A stretch of DNA of 63,152 nt, filler included, from Diploschistes diacapsis (lineage: Eukaryota): assembly GCA_023645945.1 (NCBI GenBank). It is 7 parts of 7 records of this genome, joined end to end, with 100 filler letters (N's around TTAATTAATTAA, not from the genome) between each part and the next. Parts side by side here need not be neighbours in the genome. Positions count along the whole stretch, not along the records: positions 32,913 to 58,031 come from JALAIB010000220.1; 6 more parts are not named here. One strand, given 5' to 3'. The notes under the pieces were generated by a model, which had not been told where the DNA came from, did not search any database, and worked only from the letters and a program-made list of their open reading frames with translations. Below are positions 38,067 to 50,276 of this stretch, piece by piece (positions within the stretch are counted from its first letter, which is position 1; every line of letters begins with the position of its first letter). The position numbers and the translations under genes were made by a program.

Positions 38067-38720
38067 ATTCAATCTCTTCGGTAAATAAACATTAAAAAGA
38101 AATACGTGCAGTAAGTGAATCAAAGTAGGAATCAAAAAAAGGGGAAATTGTATCTATGGATGACTGGGAGACACTCCATTACCCGTCCGGCTATCAAAAT
38201 TAGCCATTAGGGGTTCTAAATACTCACTATGTTGCCCTGCCTTTATCTCCTTAATTCCTCTTAACCCGATCTTTTCATTAAAGTTTCGGTAGCGTAGTTG
38301 AATGATGAAGGCAACCGCTGGTAGACCTTTCGAAGATTAATATTCTTTACTTCAGGCTTGCAACCTGGCCTAATCCTAAAGCGGCTAATTATATTAATAG
38401 CTCCTGCCCTTGCCGTAGTACCCTGCCCGACTTGTTCCCAGAGGCAGGACTGCCATAGCGAGACAGTCGAGATCCAGGAAGATGATGAGGGAGAGGCCAT
38501 CTTGTCGTCGTCGTCGTGGAGACGTGAGGAGTCAAAGAGAGGAGTGGGGAGGAATTAGACGCTTGTCTAGCGTGGGGGTGAAGGGAGCAGAAAGTGCTTT
38601 CCCCGGAAAATCTCTATTGCCGCGTAAGTTAGGTAGACTAGAGCTGGTATAGTATGCGGGACTTGTCATTCACGATAGAAGCTCTGTGCTTTGCATATCT
38701 CGTGGTTGGCATAAGGGCAG

Positions 38721-41606
38721 ATGCAAGCAATCTGGAGTAGGGCTTTGCAATTAAAGTCACCATGCAGCTGTTCCCTCTGCACTTCCCCCGGATCAGTGCT
38801 TTCTCGACGTGGAAATATCCGACCTATTCGACGAAGACAGTTTGGTGATTACTTTACGGCATGTTATTCTTCCATTCTAGCCACCGCTGTCTGCTTCGAT
38901 GCCAAACGAAAGCAGGATAGGAGGGACAGGCTTGACCAAGCAATCGACCAAGTTCAATGGGAGGTGGACACTCTGAATGAGGATCAACGGAAAAGATTGG
39001 AAGCAATCGGCTATGGAGGTCAAGAAGACTTGGAACAGCTTCTCCGGCGCAAATGTCCGCCAAGGGATCTCCACAAAGAGACTGTGGACTTTTATGGACC
39101 TGAAAGTCATCAAAAGGTCAAGGCTTCAACCCTGTCAGATCAGCCAGTACGATTCAGAGAAGCCCCGCCTGTTCATAAAGCCCTCATCCCCTTCGAGGAT
39201 GAACATCGTGCTTTTGCATTGGGTCGAAGAAATGTGGGACACAACATATCATGGGAGAATGTAGCAAACACTATTGAGGAACAGGAAGAGATATCTACGG
39301 AAAGCACTCAGAAACCAAGGAGCGATTCCCGGATGAGGACAGAAACACGTGCAGTTGATTCAGAGCCAAGCGTTAGAAATCAGAGTGAGACGATAAGCTT
39401 CGATAATGCAACACAATCCCATTCATTACCACAAGGGAAACAGGAATTCCGTATACTGAATTATCCAAAGTTATCGTGGGAGCATCTCAATAACGCACAT
39501 TCGGTGCCCGAACCTGCTGTCAGTGAAAGCATTGACGAGAACTCTGTCGATGCCGTTCAAGAAGGTAATCGCCATAATGAAGCCCGTCACGCCTCATCGG
39601 CAAGTCTATTGTCTAAGACGGAGGTATACAAACTTCTGCTCAGCTCTTCTAGTCATCACCAAGGCCGCTGTTCGGAGGATGTCTGGAACTCCCAAGAGAC
39701 CCCTTTCCTTCCGGATCGGAACAGGATGCAACGAGAAGCGGCAATAGCTAGGCTAGCATATACTCTAATAATGTCATACTTGACCTCACCGGAAGTGGGT
39801 CAGGGGCATTGGCCTGGAACCATTCGCTTGGATGTTCCGGGCAGACGTTGCTTTCATATTTCAAACGGTAACAGGGCAGAGCTTACTCAAAAGATTGAGG
39901 ATCTGGGACACAGACTTCGTGTTCTAGCAGGTCTGAGAAGGAACCTCCCAGCTCTATTATCCCTGGAAGACCTGTCATATCCCAGGTATCAAGCCTTCGG
40001 GGAACAGGACCGAGACGCAGAAGCAAATTATATTGCCGTTCAGAATGATGCACTGTTGGAAATCTTCGTTCAGTCATCATCTCCGAATGAGTTATTCTCG
40101 AAACTATGCTCTACCCTGCTGTCCCAGTCATTTGCGCCAAACATCCATACCTACAATCTTCTCATAATCCGGCTCTGCCATGCACAATATTTCGCGGCAG
40201 CAGAATATGTGATTGGCGCGTTGAATGCGAGCAGCATAAACCACAACGAAGTAACTTATGCAGCCGTGCTGAATTGCTATAGCTACTCAGCTCAGTCATC
40301 TTCTTTCCGAGCCTATCTCAATCGCATGGATGGGATTGCTGGCTGTGGGGTGAGGACGACGTTGGACGAAGGAAAAGTATCAAATTCGCTACAGCCAGAA
40401 TTATACATGCAGCAAGCACGAGATATTCACTCTGCATCAATGAGCACAAATGTTGAGGACGCAACCATGTACAAAGAGAAGGCGATGAGAAACTCTGATG
40501 TATGTGAAGCAATCATCCTGGGCTGGCTTGACATCGGGAATCTTGACAAAGCTATGAAGGAATACTCCTCAATGCTTGCAAGCGGTCTGCCAACAAGGAA
40601 GAAAATTCTCGAAGCATTCCTGAAGTATAGCGTGAAGACGGCAAATTGGGAAGTAGGACGATCAGTGTGGGAACAGATCAAATCATCTTCGCGACCGGTA
40701 TCAGTCATGACTTACTACTGGATGCTGCAGCTTTGTGCTCTTTGTGAACAACCCGAGCAATTCGAGTCAATCTTACAGGACGGCCTACATCACGACATTC
40801 TCAAGGCTCGACTTTTATTCGGTGACTTCATGCTCACCGACAAGAAGCGCAAGCAGCTAAGAACTAGGGCGTTTGCAATATGGAGGCTGGAACAGAGAGT
40901 GTGGATTCCCGGCCTAACAATTGCACCATGCTTGGAAGCGCTTGAAGAACAGCCTCAATTGCCAAATCTGTATCTAATGGTCCTGGTTAAGTTTCTGGAC
41001 CTAGTGAACTCCAAAAATGCAGAGGTTGGCCGGTGTGCTAGCAACTGGGGATGGGCTGTTGTGGCTTCGCGTGAGCTGGGTGACCTTCAGAAGAAGGGGT
41101 TACTCCGAGACAAGAGAATGTCGAGTAGGGCCGTATGGTCTTCGACGAAATTAAAAGCAGAACAGTCGTCGAGCCAACGTACAGGACGAGGCGCCGCAGT
41201 TATGCTCTCGAGCGAGCCTCCTCAGACCCAGCTTTTGCCCAAGGTTCCCTCAATACAGCCTTCTTGTTACCGACAGAAAGACGATTTGCTCACTGTCGAT
41301 CTGACAAAAGCTCTTGATAGCAAAACGGCCGATCTTCTCCAGTCCTACTTATCTAGGTTTCGAATCGAGCAAGACAGTTCCGGACTGGACAAGCCTGAAG
41401 CATCCGATCACAGCGAACCCACAGCTGGCAAGCTCTTGGATATTTCAACAAAAAAGCCCCAGTATCCATCCGCCTGTAGGACGACTTCATCAACCACTGA
41501 CTCATATGTCCGTAGGGTGACTTCAACCACGTACCTACATATCCGCAGGGTAACTTCAACTACCACAGACCTATATATCCGCAAGCTAGAGGAAAGCCCT
41601 CCATGA
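38721..41606 (+). CDS. Fungal pentatricopeptide-repeat protein, probably mitochondrial
   Basis: Basic N-terminus, YSSILATA..DAKRK segment, PPR-like motifs PNIHTYNLLI and NEVTYAAVLNCY. Confidence 0.8.
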   Translation: MQAIWSRALQLKSPCSCSLCTSPGSVLSRRGNIRPIRRRQFGDYFTACYSSILATAVCFDAKRKQDRRDRLDQAIDQVQWEVDTLNEDQRKRLEAIGYGGQEDLEQLLRRKCPPRDLHKETVDFYGPESHQKVKASTLSDQPVRFREAPPVHKALIPFEDEHRAFALGRRNVGHNISWENVANTIEEQEEISTESTQKPRSDSRMRTETRAVDSEPSVRNQSETISFDNATQSHSLPQGKQEFRILNYPKLSWEHLNNAHSVPEPAVSESIDENSVDAVQEGNRHNEARHASSASLLSKTEVYKLLLSSSSHHQGRCSEDVWNSQETPFLPDRNRMQREAAIARLAYTLIMSYLTSPEVGQGHWPGTIRLDVPGRRCFHISNGNRAELTQKIEDLGHRLRVLAGLRRNLPALLSLEDLSYPRYQAFGEQDRDAEANYIAVQNDALLEIFVQSSSPNELFSKLCSTLLSQSFAPNIHTYNLLIIRLCHAQYFAAAEYVIGALNASSINHNEVTYAAVLNCYSYSAQSSSFRAYLNRMDGIAGCGVRTTLDEGKVSNSLQPELYMQQARDIHSASMSTNVEDATMYKEKAMRNSDVCEAIILGWLDIGNLDKAMKEYSSMLASGLPTRKKILEAFLKYSVKTANWEVGRSVWEQIKSSSRPVSVMTYYWMLQLCALCEQPEQFESILQDGLHHDILKARLLFGDFMLTDKKRKQLRTRAFAIWRLEQRVWIPGLTIAPCLEALEEQPQLPNLYLMVLVKFLDLVNSKNAEVGRCASNWGWAVVASRELGDLQKKGLLRDKRMSSRAVWSSTKLKAEQSSSQRTGRGAAVMLSSEPPQTQLLPKVPSIQPSCYRQKDDLLTVDLTKALDSKTADLLQSYLSRFRIEQDSSGLDKPEASDHSEPTAGKLLDISTKKPQYPSACRTTSSTTDSYVRRVTSTTYLHIRRVTSTTTDLYIRKLEESPP

Positions 41607-41756
41607 ACAGGTGAAAGGTCGGCGTTAGCTCGGACTTTACCCCACAAAATACGAAGCTTCAGCTACGTCAAGGACTTTCAGAAACAGAAGGAGAGCAGAT
41701 GATCGAACCTCATCTTCTCACCGGCCAGCAGATATATACAGGCTACAATTGTGATT

Positions 41757-42572
41757 ATGCCTCCTTCAGGACTCGCGGTTCTTATTGGCGCCGGGCCCAA
41801 CACGGTCAGTGTTTAGAAACTTTCCACGCTTCACCAAGCTTAACATCGCGCTACGCAGGGCACCGGTATAGCTCGAATCCTATCGTCTCCCAATCATGGC
41901 AACCTTGCTGTCGCGCTGTTAGCTCGCTCGCTCGACAACCTTGCCAGCGTGAAGCGCACGGTACTTCAAGCCAACCCTAACTCTGTCATCGAGACCTTTT
42001 CAACCGACACTCAACCAGATAACATTTCGGCAGCTTTCAGCGCCATCCAGTCGCACTCGTCTTTCGCCAATCTCAAGCTTCGCATTGCCATCTACTCTAT
42101 CAAACATTCTTCCAAAAAACCATTCCTAGAAGAAACACATGCTGAGTTCACTCGAAGCCTAAACGAGTATGTGGGTGGCGCTATGGTTTTCGGACAAGAA
42201 TCCATCAAGCGCTTCTTCGCCGACCACGGAAACGACTCATTATCAAGCGGCGCGCCGAAGAAAGGCACGCTCATCTTCACCGGAACACTCGGTGCGCTGA
42301 GGACGAACGCGGAGTTCTCTGCCTACGGCGCCGGAAGAGCCAGCGTGCGAATGCTTGCGCAGGGACTGGCCAAGGAATACAGCGCGAAGGGCATCCATGT
42401 CGTGCATAGCATTGCAAACGGCAGAATCGCAGACAAGGACGGCGAGGAACAGAGGACGGGCCTGCACATGAGTGCGGATGCGGTGGGCAAGGAGTATCTG
42501 CATCTGATGAACCAGGAGCCGACGCTGTGGACCCATGAGTTGGACCTTCGTCCCGCGCAGGAAAAGTTCTAG
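41757..42572 (+). CDS. Short-chain dehydrogenase/reductase, 2 exons
   Basis: IGAGPNT|GTGIAR (intron 41805-41858), GTLIFTG, YGAGRASVRMLAQGLAKE, WTHELDLRPAQEKF. Confidence 0.9.
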
Positions 42573-43147
42573 TTGAGATTGATATAGAAAGCAAATGTTA
42601 CCTTATCTAGCTTACTAAAGGAGATAGCTAATCATCTCAAAGCGCATGATTCCTGCCGCCGCTTGAAACTTCCATATACCGATGCGTCATGTTATGCACG
42701 CCGTATTCGGCCCCCTTTGTTCAAGGCGGTCTGCCTATTTCGATATAGCTGACGCTTCATGCCTCAAGTTCCGTGTTATTGTTAACATGGCGTGCATACC
42801 ATATACCCATGATATCACCGTGCCGGCGCATTTCCAACTCGACTGCCTCAGCATAGTAACCCTAATTTAACCTGTAATAGCCTCAATCTCAAGATCGTTC
42901 GCTAGGACAGTCTCAACCCTAATCTCGTTCCGTATGGTAGTCCCAATCTCAATCCCATCATCCCCAATATATCTCTCCCTCAATTCCCTTCTCCCCCTTT
43001 CTTCCACACATCGACTTACTTCATCGCATACTCCCTCGTCCATCACGACATCCTCCTTCAACAAGCGAAACACTGCAGCCCCATCAGTACCCACCGCCCA
43101 AACATCGCTTCAGCAAGTCCCAGTACCCCAAAACACTCTCCATCGCC

Positions 43148-44821
43148 ATGGAGGATCAAGTATTACTCCCCAGCTACGCGATCCTCGCCGAGGACGCGCG
43201 CCGGCAAGGAGCGTCGGTGACGTACGCCGACTTCGTCCGGGTCGTGGGCCCCCGGATCGAAGCCGCGCAGGACGTAGGCGCGCGGGCCAACGCGAGGAGT
43301 TTCGACGGCGGAAACTCACAGGACGGCTCCCATCCGGGGCTCCACTTCGCCCAGTCCGTCGTCGACAGGATCGTAGCGGCATACCGGCAGCAAACGGCCG
43401 ACCCGGCCGTCGACAGGATCCTGGAGCCACATCGGCCCGAGCACGGCTCCTACTACGTCGATGGCTCCTCCGACGACGACGAAGAGGAAGAAGAAGAAGA
43501 CCGTCCCCAGCGCATCTACCCGCTTGACGGCGTCGGCGGAGCCCTGGCCGGCGAGGCATGGCAGCAGATGTTGGACGCCATGCAGGCCGAGGCCATTCTG
43601 GCCGAGGAAAACGCTCCGGCTTCTCGAGACCAGGAGCAACACGTGCACAGCCCGGAGCCTCCGAGCAGCTCGCCCCCGTCGCCACCGCCCAGCTACATTG
43701 ACCTCGGCTTGTATGATCCCCGCGTTCAACACGCTCTCCGTGTCATCAACCACGACGCCTTGGTCGCCACTCTCCGCGATCTTCGAGATCGGGGGCGGGG
43801 AGCTGAGGACGAAGCGCGCCCCGCTAGCGTGCACAGGTCGGATCCCCCAACAACCCCCTCCGCACCTCGACCGCGCCGCAACTTCGAATCGCGCAGCTCC
43901 ATCCGCTCTTTTCGCCGTTCCCTCCCCGACATCCAGACGACCCTCTTTCGCGCCCAAGACCTCTTAACCGAGTGGCGCGCTCTCCGGGAGCAGGAGCAGA
44001 TCGCAGAGAGCCGGCACTGGGAGCGCGCTCTTCGCGATCAGGAGCACCGAGACAATGAGCGCGCTCTCCGCGACCAGATGGACCGGCACAGGGCCATCCG
44101 GCAACCTAGCGGCGGAACCTACCAGCCGCGCAGGGACTTCGGGCCGCGGGATCGGCGAGATCAGCGCAGGGTGGATGAGTATGAAGCGCCGCGCGCTCGG
44201 ACTGAGGGCACGCGGAGGCCTACGCCGCTGTTTCCGCTTCGGGTCACGTCTGGGTTGAGATCGCCGCACCGGACAAGAAGAGAGGTCCCGCCTCTGGAAG
44301 CTCCGTTCGCGAATTTACGGCGGCCGCGGCGCATTCGTCCAGCGCTCGCTGCGCGTCCGGGCATCTCTCTTCAGGATACGGAGGAGGGTACCAGCGGCCC
44401 GGACGTCGCCTCGAGCATTACGACTTTCCCCGCTTGGAACACACAGCAACGGCAAAGGCGTGATGCTGAAGCAGCGCTAAGCCTGCTGGACTGGCCTGAT
44501 GCCCCTTGCTCTGTACTAGCACCTCAACCAATCGAGGAAAACGGGGAGGAGGAATGGGGTGAAGGAGAGGGCTTCGACGATACAGACTCGATTATGAGCG
44601 AGGTGACGGACTGCGATACGACGGCTGGAGAGGATGGGTCTGTAGTGGTGAGTACAGACGATGAGGATGGGGAGGGCTCTAGCGATATACACTCGATAAT
44701 GAGCGGAGTGACGAGCTGCGATACCACGGCAGGGGAGAATGGATCCGTGTTGATGACGGATGATGAGGAGATGGGCGCTTGGGAGTGGGATTCGCTAGTT
44801 GACGAGCTGGAGTTTAAGTAA
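43148..44821 (+). CDS. Hypothetical 557-aa low-complexity protein with internal repeats
   Basis: Long, GC-rich, uninterrupted ORF; acidic, Pro- and Arg-rich blocks; no recognisable domain. Confidence 0.65.
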   Translation: MEDQVLLPSYAILAEDARRQGASVTYADFVRVVGPRIEAAQDVGARANARSFDGGNSQDGSHPGLHFAQSVVDRIVAAYRQQTADPAVDRILEPHRPEHGSYYVDGSSDDDEEEEEEDRPQRIYPLDGVGGALAGEAWQQMLDAMQAEAILAEENAPASRDQEQHVHSPEPPSSSPPSPPPSYIDLGLYDPRVQHALRVINHDALVATLRDLRDRGRGAEDEARPASVHRSDPPTTPSAPRPRRNFESRSSIRSFRRSLPDIQTTLFRAQDLLTEWRALREQEQIAESRHWERALRDQEHRDNERALRDQMDRHRAIRQPSGGTYQPRRDFGPRDRRDQRRVDEYEAPRARTEGTRRPTPLFPLRVTSGLRSPHRTRREVPPLEAPFANLRRPRRIRPALAARPGISLQDTEEGTSGPDVASSITTFPAWNTQQRQRRDAEAALSLLDWPDAPCSVLAPQPIEENGEEEWGEGEGFDDTDSIMSEVTDCDTTAGEDGSVVVSTDDEDGEGSSDIHSIMSGVTSCDTTAGENGSVLMTDDEEMGAWEWDSLVDELEFK

Positions 44822-47800
44822 CTGGGGGAAGTTGAGGAACGGAAAGAATGGTGGAAGTTCAACAGCACCTGTTGGTAATTAAGTGGAGCTTGTAAACCTG
44901 TTTCTGTAGTTGATAAGTGTCTCTGAGTAGCGCTCGCCATCGAGGTTTATCTAGTTTAAACCCCTCTTATACCTGTAAGCAATGTATGTCCGATGTATCC
45001 TAAAGTTCCAGAAGAGTACTGTGAGACTTTTCATGGCTTCATCGCCAAGTAAATAGTACTGTTGTATACAGAACGTCGTTTAATAGAGGTAGCTGCCGCC
45101 GTAGTTAGCTAGAAATCTCCAGGTGGGAAGAGGTAAACTTATAAAAAAAATGGCCACCTTCTCCCTCTGCCAGAAGCATCAGGAGAAGATGGTGGATGCC
45201 TCCTCGGCCAGTCCATCACAACTTCCCCACCCCAGACGCCTCTTCGCCTCATCATACCAAAGCCGCCTGCCCCCAAGGCAAAAACCTCAATATGTCACTC
45301 GTAGCAGAACAGCGACATCCTCTCAGGAACTCAGAAAGCATCCTCAGCGCCACGCTCGTTGCCTTACTGCCAACTCATCATGTCCGTGACAACATCCACA
45401 TCCCTCGCCAGCAAAGGCGAATCAAGAGAAAACCGCACAACTTAGCTCAGGACCGGCATCTCGGTAGACACGTACGAAACGTTGATCCCCACTCTGGAGA
45501 GGCCCTATCTCGATGCAGGAGAACCCTGAGCGCTATTGGCATATTGACCCATCATCAACCTTCCCTAGTTCGTTCAAACAGATGCCAGATTTTCAAGATG
45601 CGTTGGTGATAGCTCGGCAATTTATCGAGCACAACTCCTATGCTCACAAGAAAAAGCACGAGACTAGCAACCCTGGATTGTACTGCACGCGTTCAAACGA
45701 ATATCCCAGCGTTCTCCCAAAGAACCAACGGCCTGGTAGCAGTATTGAAGTTCAGACATCCTCACCACGCGAAATTGAATCGCGGCAACTTCTGCCTTGG
45801 AGATTCCAACATGTGTCTAGATGCTCCTTTCGTTGATAGTTTCCCCACCCGTCACGATTTCCTCCAGCCAACTTGAATCACCAGAGAGTCACCGACCTTA
45901 GTCTCAAATCTCAAACCCTGCAGAGCAGGCTCATCTCTTCGTATGTGTAGCATTGCCCTCAGAGACAAGTCTTTGCTTCCTCCACCATCAAAAAAAGTCG
46001 ATAGCGGGGCAGTAAGCGGACAAAGCACGTCTACAAAAACCGCTTTCTTCTCCCAAGGGAGGCATTGTGTAACGCTGCCAAAGGCCACGAAACATATGAT
46101 CGGCGCTCAGCTTCAACCTCTCTGCCGCGCGAAGAAGGACCTGATTGATGCGGCTGATAGAGACCTGAGAATCAGCCAGCTCTAGACTAGTGTCAGAGCT
46201 GGGGTTGCGAGCATTCATTAGAAACGATAGGTGAAATGGAGAGACAAGGTCGGCGGTTGCCTGTAGGGAAGTCGTTTTAGAAGCCTTCTGTTATGTTGTC
46301 TTCAAGACTTGAAGCCATCAACAACAGTGATGCCATAGCCCTCTGTGACCACCAGCGAAGACTAAGCCCAGCCTCCGTCAACTGTATTCGGGTATTCCCA
46401 GAACACATTGTTCGAGGTAAAAGGTAGCTGACAAAGCCAGACGTATCGCAACTTCTCCTAACAACGATCAGGAGGGTTTGCAAAGATTGTGCGGTTTTTC
46501 GTGAATCTGTTTGTGGCAAGAGACTTCGCTTCAGATCTGCTACCAACAGCAAAGGCCGATCAGGCTTCAGCAGAAGCTGATTCCGACGAAAGAACTCCAT
46601 TGCATGTCTGATTCTTATAGACGCTCAATCTGAATGTAACGCTTTGATGACGGGGAAGCCGGAGTCCCACTGCGGGAGCATTCTCCAAGGTCTCCATGCG
46701 ACTCAGTATTCAACCAAGTCAACGACTTCCCTTTGTCTTTCTTCCAGGCTCTTCATCCTCGCATGCATCAGCAAACCGTCCCATAGTACCAGGGTATTTT
46801 GTTCTTTTCGACAGGTCGTAGTGTTTCTCCTGCGCGGAGAACTTAGCCTTTCGGACACATGAGTCCATCTAGTCGGAACTACCCAACGCGCCGTTGGCTC
46901 TCGTTCAGCACCACCATACTCGAGCAAAAGCCCGAGTCACCGATGAGCCTTACCAAGAGTTAGAGTACGCGAAGGACAACCGAGTTCCGCAAGACTGAAA
47001 CCGATAATCACTTAGGGTTAAGTTCCAGATCCCCATCCTCCCTACACGCCAATGCAGGACCAAAGTTACCTTGAGACCGTGCTATGAGGCTCTGGATGTC
47101 TTGATAGCAGAGGCATATGTGCAAGGCGCGCGAAGCATTCCAATGACTTAAGAGTATTGGAAGACAGGATCCGGGAGCTATATGAAAGGCGAAGTGCTGG
47201 TAATGTGAAGCCTGGGCAGGCAAGAGATGGATAGGAACGGGACTTTCGAGATTAGCCAAAACCCTTTGAATGATGATTGGCTGATGGAGTCGTGGTGGAA
47301 GGCAAAGATAGTACTTTCAACGATCACGTCTAGGACATAATTGAGGTCGTCCATAGCGATGTGCTTGCTGATTGAAGGTTTCAGGAAGGATGATGGAGGT
47401 TGAAACTCGCTAAGGCTGGGTTCGTGCACTGCGACGCGGTGTGGCATGTCGCGTCAGCCCAAAAGGGTTAGCGTCACATGTGGCGTATCAACTTTGAATT
47501 TATCCATCCTCGTCGTAAAAGGGCCTCTCCAGAAGCGCAGACCGCTTCAACCGAAAAGCTGTAGGGTTCTGGGGTATTGTTCCATAAAGCACACAGTCCG
47601 TACCATAATATGCTACTGGGCTAACGATTGCGAACGGTCTGAGCTGTACGACAGATAGGAGCTACTGGCTTCGTTCAGGAGTGGAATTATAATGGACACT
47701 CTTAGACTCAAGTGTATGTCGTTGTTGAACGGTCCTAGTTCGATAAGTATACTAACTCCAGCGCCTGCTCAAGGCCAAAGGGAGGTGCGGGTATCAGTAA

Positions 47801-48004
47801 GGGGCTCTTGTTCTCGCAGTCTATAGATGCATAGATTTCAGGGGTTTGAGTTCGCATATGGAAGAATTGATATCAATCTTCAGTCTATATCATATTTCGT
47901 GAATCTGTCTACGTACATTGGTTTTTTGGGAGAGGGTTCTAGTACATGCGCTGTGGAATACTCGATACGTCTGCCATAATCGAACCCCCATGCTGAAGGA
48001 TCTT

Positions 48005-48864
48005 TTACCATGCAAATTGGTTGTCGTTGTAAGACTGGAATGTTCCCGAGGTTTTCTGCTTCGTGGCTTTATCGATCTAGGGATTCCATTAACCAATACC
48101 AATGGTGCACTTGATTGCTTCACTCACGTTCTTCAGTATCCCCTTAACGCTATCATCAATCGTCACAGGAGCGGACTCCAGACCCGCCACCGCTGCCCCA
48201 GCGTTACCCATATCCGTCTGCACCCATCTTTTGATAAGAGTCAGTAACTGCACAATCATGGTCCACTGTTTAATAAATGAACAGCTTACCCAGGATTCAA
48301 GGCGTAGATGGTAATCTTCTCGTTTTCAAAGTGAGCTTTCCTCAAGAAATAGTTCAGCCCCGCCTTGCTCGTCCCATACGCCAAACACGGCATGGGAAAC
48401 TTCTCCATATCCCCAATCGAGCCTGCAAGCGACGCAATGCCCACGAACTTCGCGTTCTCGCTCTTTTCGAGCAGCGGCAGCGTCGCCTGGAACAGCGCTA
48501 TCTGGCCCACTACATTGACCGCGAAGTGGCGCATGACTTCGTCGAGCTTGATGTCGGCGACGGGCCCGTAGTGGTCCGCGATTGCGGCGTTGGCGATGAC
48601 GACGTCGATCTTCTCCAGCTCGGCTTGGTCCCGCAGCTGGGAGATGGCGGCCTGGGCATCGCTGGGAATGGAGGCGTCGATCCTGATGACGCTGATCTTG
48701 GAGTTTTCGGCGGCCTCGATGTCGGCGAAGACTTTGGCGCTCGTGTCCGGGTTGCGGACGGCAGCGATAACGTTGGTGTTGGGTCGTGCGAGGAGTGTGG
48801 TGGTTAGGCCAAGGCCGATGCCGCGGTTAGCGCCAGTGACGAGGTAGGTTGTTGGGTCGGGCAT
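48005..48864 (-). CDS. Short-chain dehydrogenase (Nor-1-like ketoreductase subgroup), 3 exons, 248 aa
   Basis: TGANRGIG, IANAA, YGTSKA, NPG|WVQTDMGN. Introns 48228-48289 and 48077-48127. Confidence 0.92.
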
Positions 48865-49583
48865 TGTTGTGTGGGTTTGGTACGTAAGATTGGGGATAGG
48901 AGAAAAGTAGGAAGCTGCTGTGCTATAAAGACCAGCGGTTGATCTCTCGTAGAGTGATGGTAGCGTGAGTGGTTGAATGGAAATGCTTCTTTGATAGGTC
49001 TGTGGAACGAAGGGCACTTTGGTTGTCTATATACTTTGTGCAATTCCCCTGGGCCCGCTAAAGCACTCTATACAGGATCCACTAAAGGCAATCGCACCTT
49101 GGACGTTAAATACCCGGCAGAAGTCCCTGAAACCTCGGTATTGAAGACCTTCAGAGCTAAATGTCAAAGGTGCTGAGCGGGCTTACCAATTCCAGTAGTC
49201 CATCGGATAACTTCTGCGTTTCCCGATGAGTTGTCCCATGGCCCATGGGCCCATGAGTCCATGACATATCGAGCTTGAACTGTTACGAATGGAGCACGCA
49301 AGGTCTAGCTGCTCCACTCGTCAGCTTAGATGGAAAACAAGACCAATAGCAGTGTGCAGTGTTTATCCAAACTAGGCTGGCCAGCACTTCCACGGACACC
49401 GCCACGGACACCGCCACGGTGGCCGTGGAAGTGTCGGATACTATATGGTAGTTGTCGCTGTCGGTATGAGTGTGAGAAATCATTTAAATTAAAAAAAAAA
49501 GTCTAGCCAGTTCAGCCCCCACGGCAAACTATCCTATGACATTTTCTCCTTCCATCTTCCTCATCTCTAATTAGCAAAACATA

Positions 49584-50276
49584 ATGAAGAACTTCCTACC
49601 CCTTCTCCTGCTCGGCAACGCCGCCCTTTGCTCCGCCTCCCCATCCAAACCCCGCATAACCACCATCACCGTCTTCACCACCACTACAGCAACCGCAACC
49701 ATCACCACCGGCACCGCGAGCACCTCCTACATCTTCCTCCCCGGCGGTCCCCCAGCCTCAAAACGAGCCACCAATAACGACACCGATCTCACTGCCGGGG
49801 ACACCCCGGACGCCAAAAAGCCCCCAACAGCAACCACCATCACCAAAACCACCACAGTCTACACCACCCTGACCGTCGACGCCAGCCCCACCACAAAAAC
49901 CATCTACCCCTGCTCCGCACCCCTCCCCTCACCCGGCCCCGCATATGGTGACTACGCCTACCCCTCCCCTTCAGACCTTGGCCTGGCGAACAACCTGTAC
50001 GGCCCGTCCACGTCCGAGGGCGTGTCGCCGACGGGCTGCTGCAACGCGTGCCTTTTCGGGGTTGAGAACTGCGTGCAGGCGTACTGGTACAGCTACGAGG
50101 GGTGCGTGGTCAGCCAGGCGACGAACACGACCGGCAAAGGGACAGGGAAGGGGGTGAGTGCGGTGTGTCCCGTAGGCACGCTGGCGGGATTGACGTATGG
50201 GCCGGATGTGCAGCCGGCGTTTAGAAGTACGGGGAATATCGTGGGGCCTTGTGGGGTTGGGTATGATAATTTCTAG
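49584..50276 (+). CDS. Secreted Thr-rich protein with a Cys-rich C-terminal domain (230 aa)
   Basis: Signal peptide, two T-rich blocks separated by a KR site, CCNAC..NC..GC..C..C domain. Confidence 0.85.
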   Translation: MKNFLPLLLLGNAALCSASPSKPRITTITVFTTTTATATITTGTASTSYIFLPGGPPASKRATNNDTDLTAGDTPDAKKPPTATTITKTTTVYTTLTVDASPTTKTIYPCSAPLPSPGPAYGDYAYPSPSDLGLANNLYGPSTSEGVSPTGCCNACLFGVENCVQAYWYSYEGCVVSQATNTTGKGTGKGVSAVCPVGTLAGLTYGPDVQPAFRSTGNIVGPCGVGYDNF

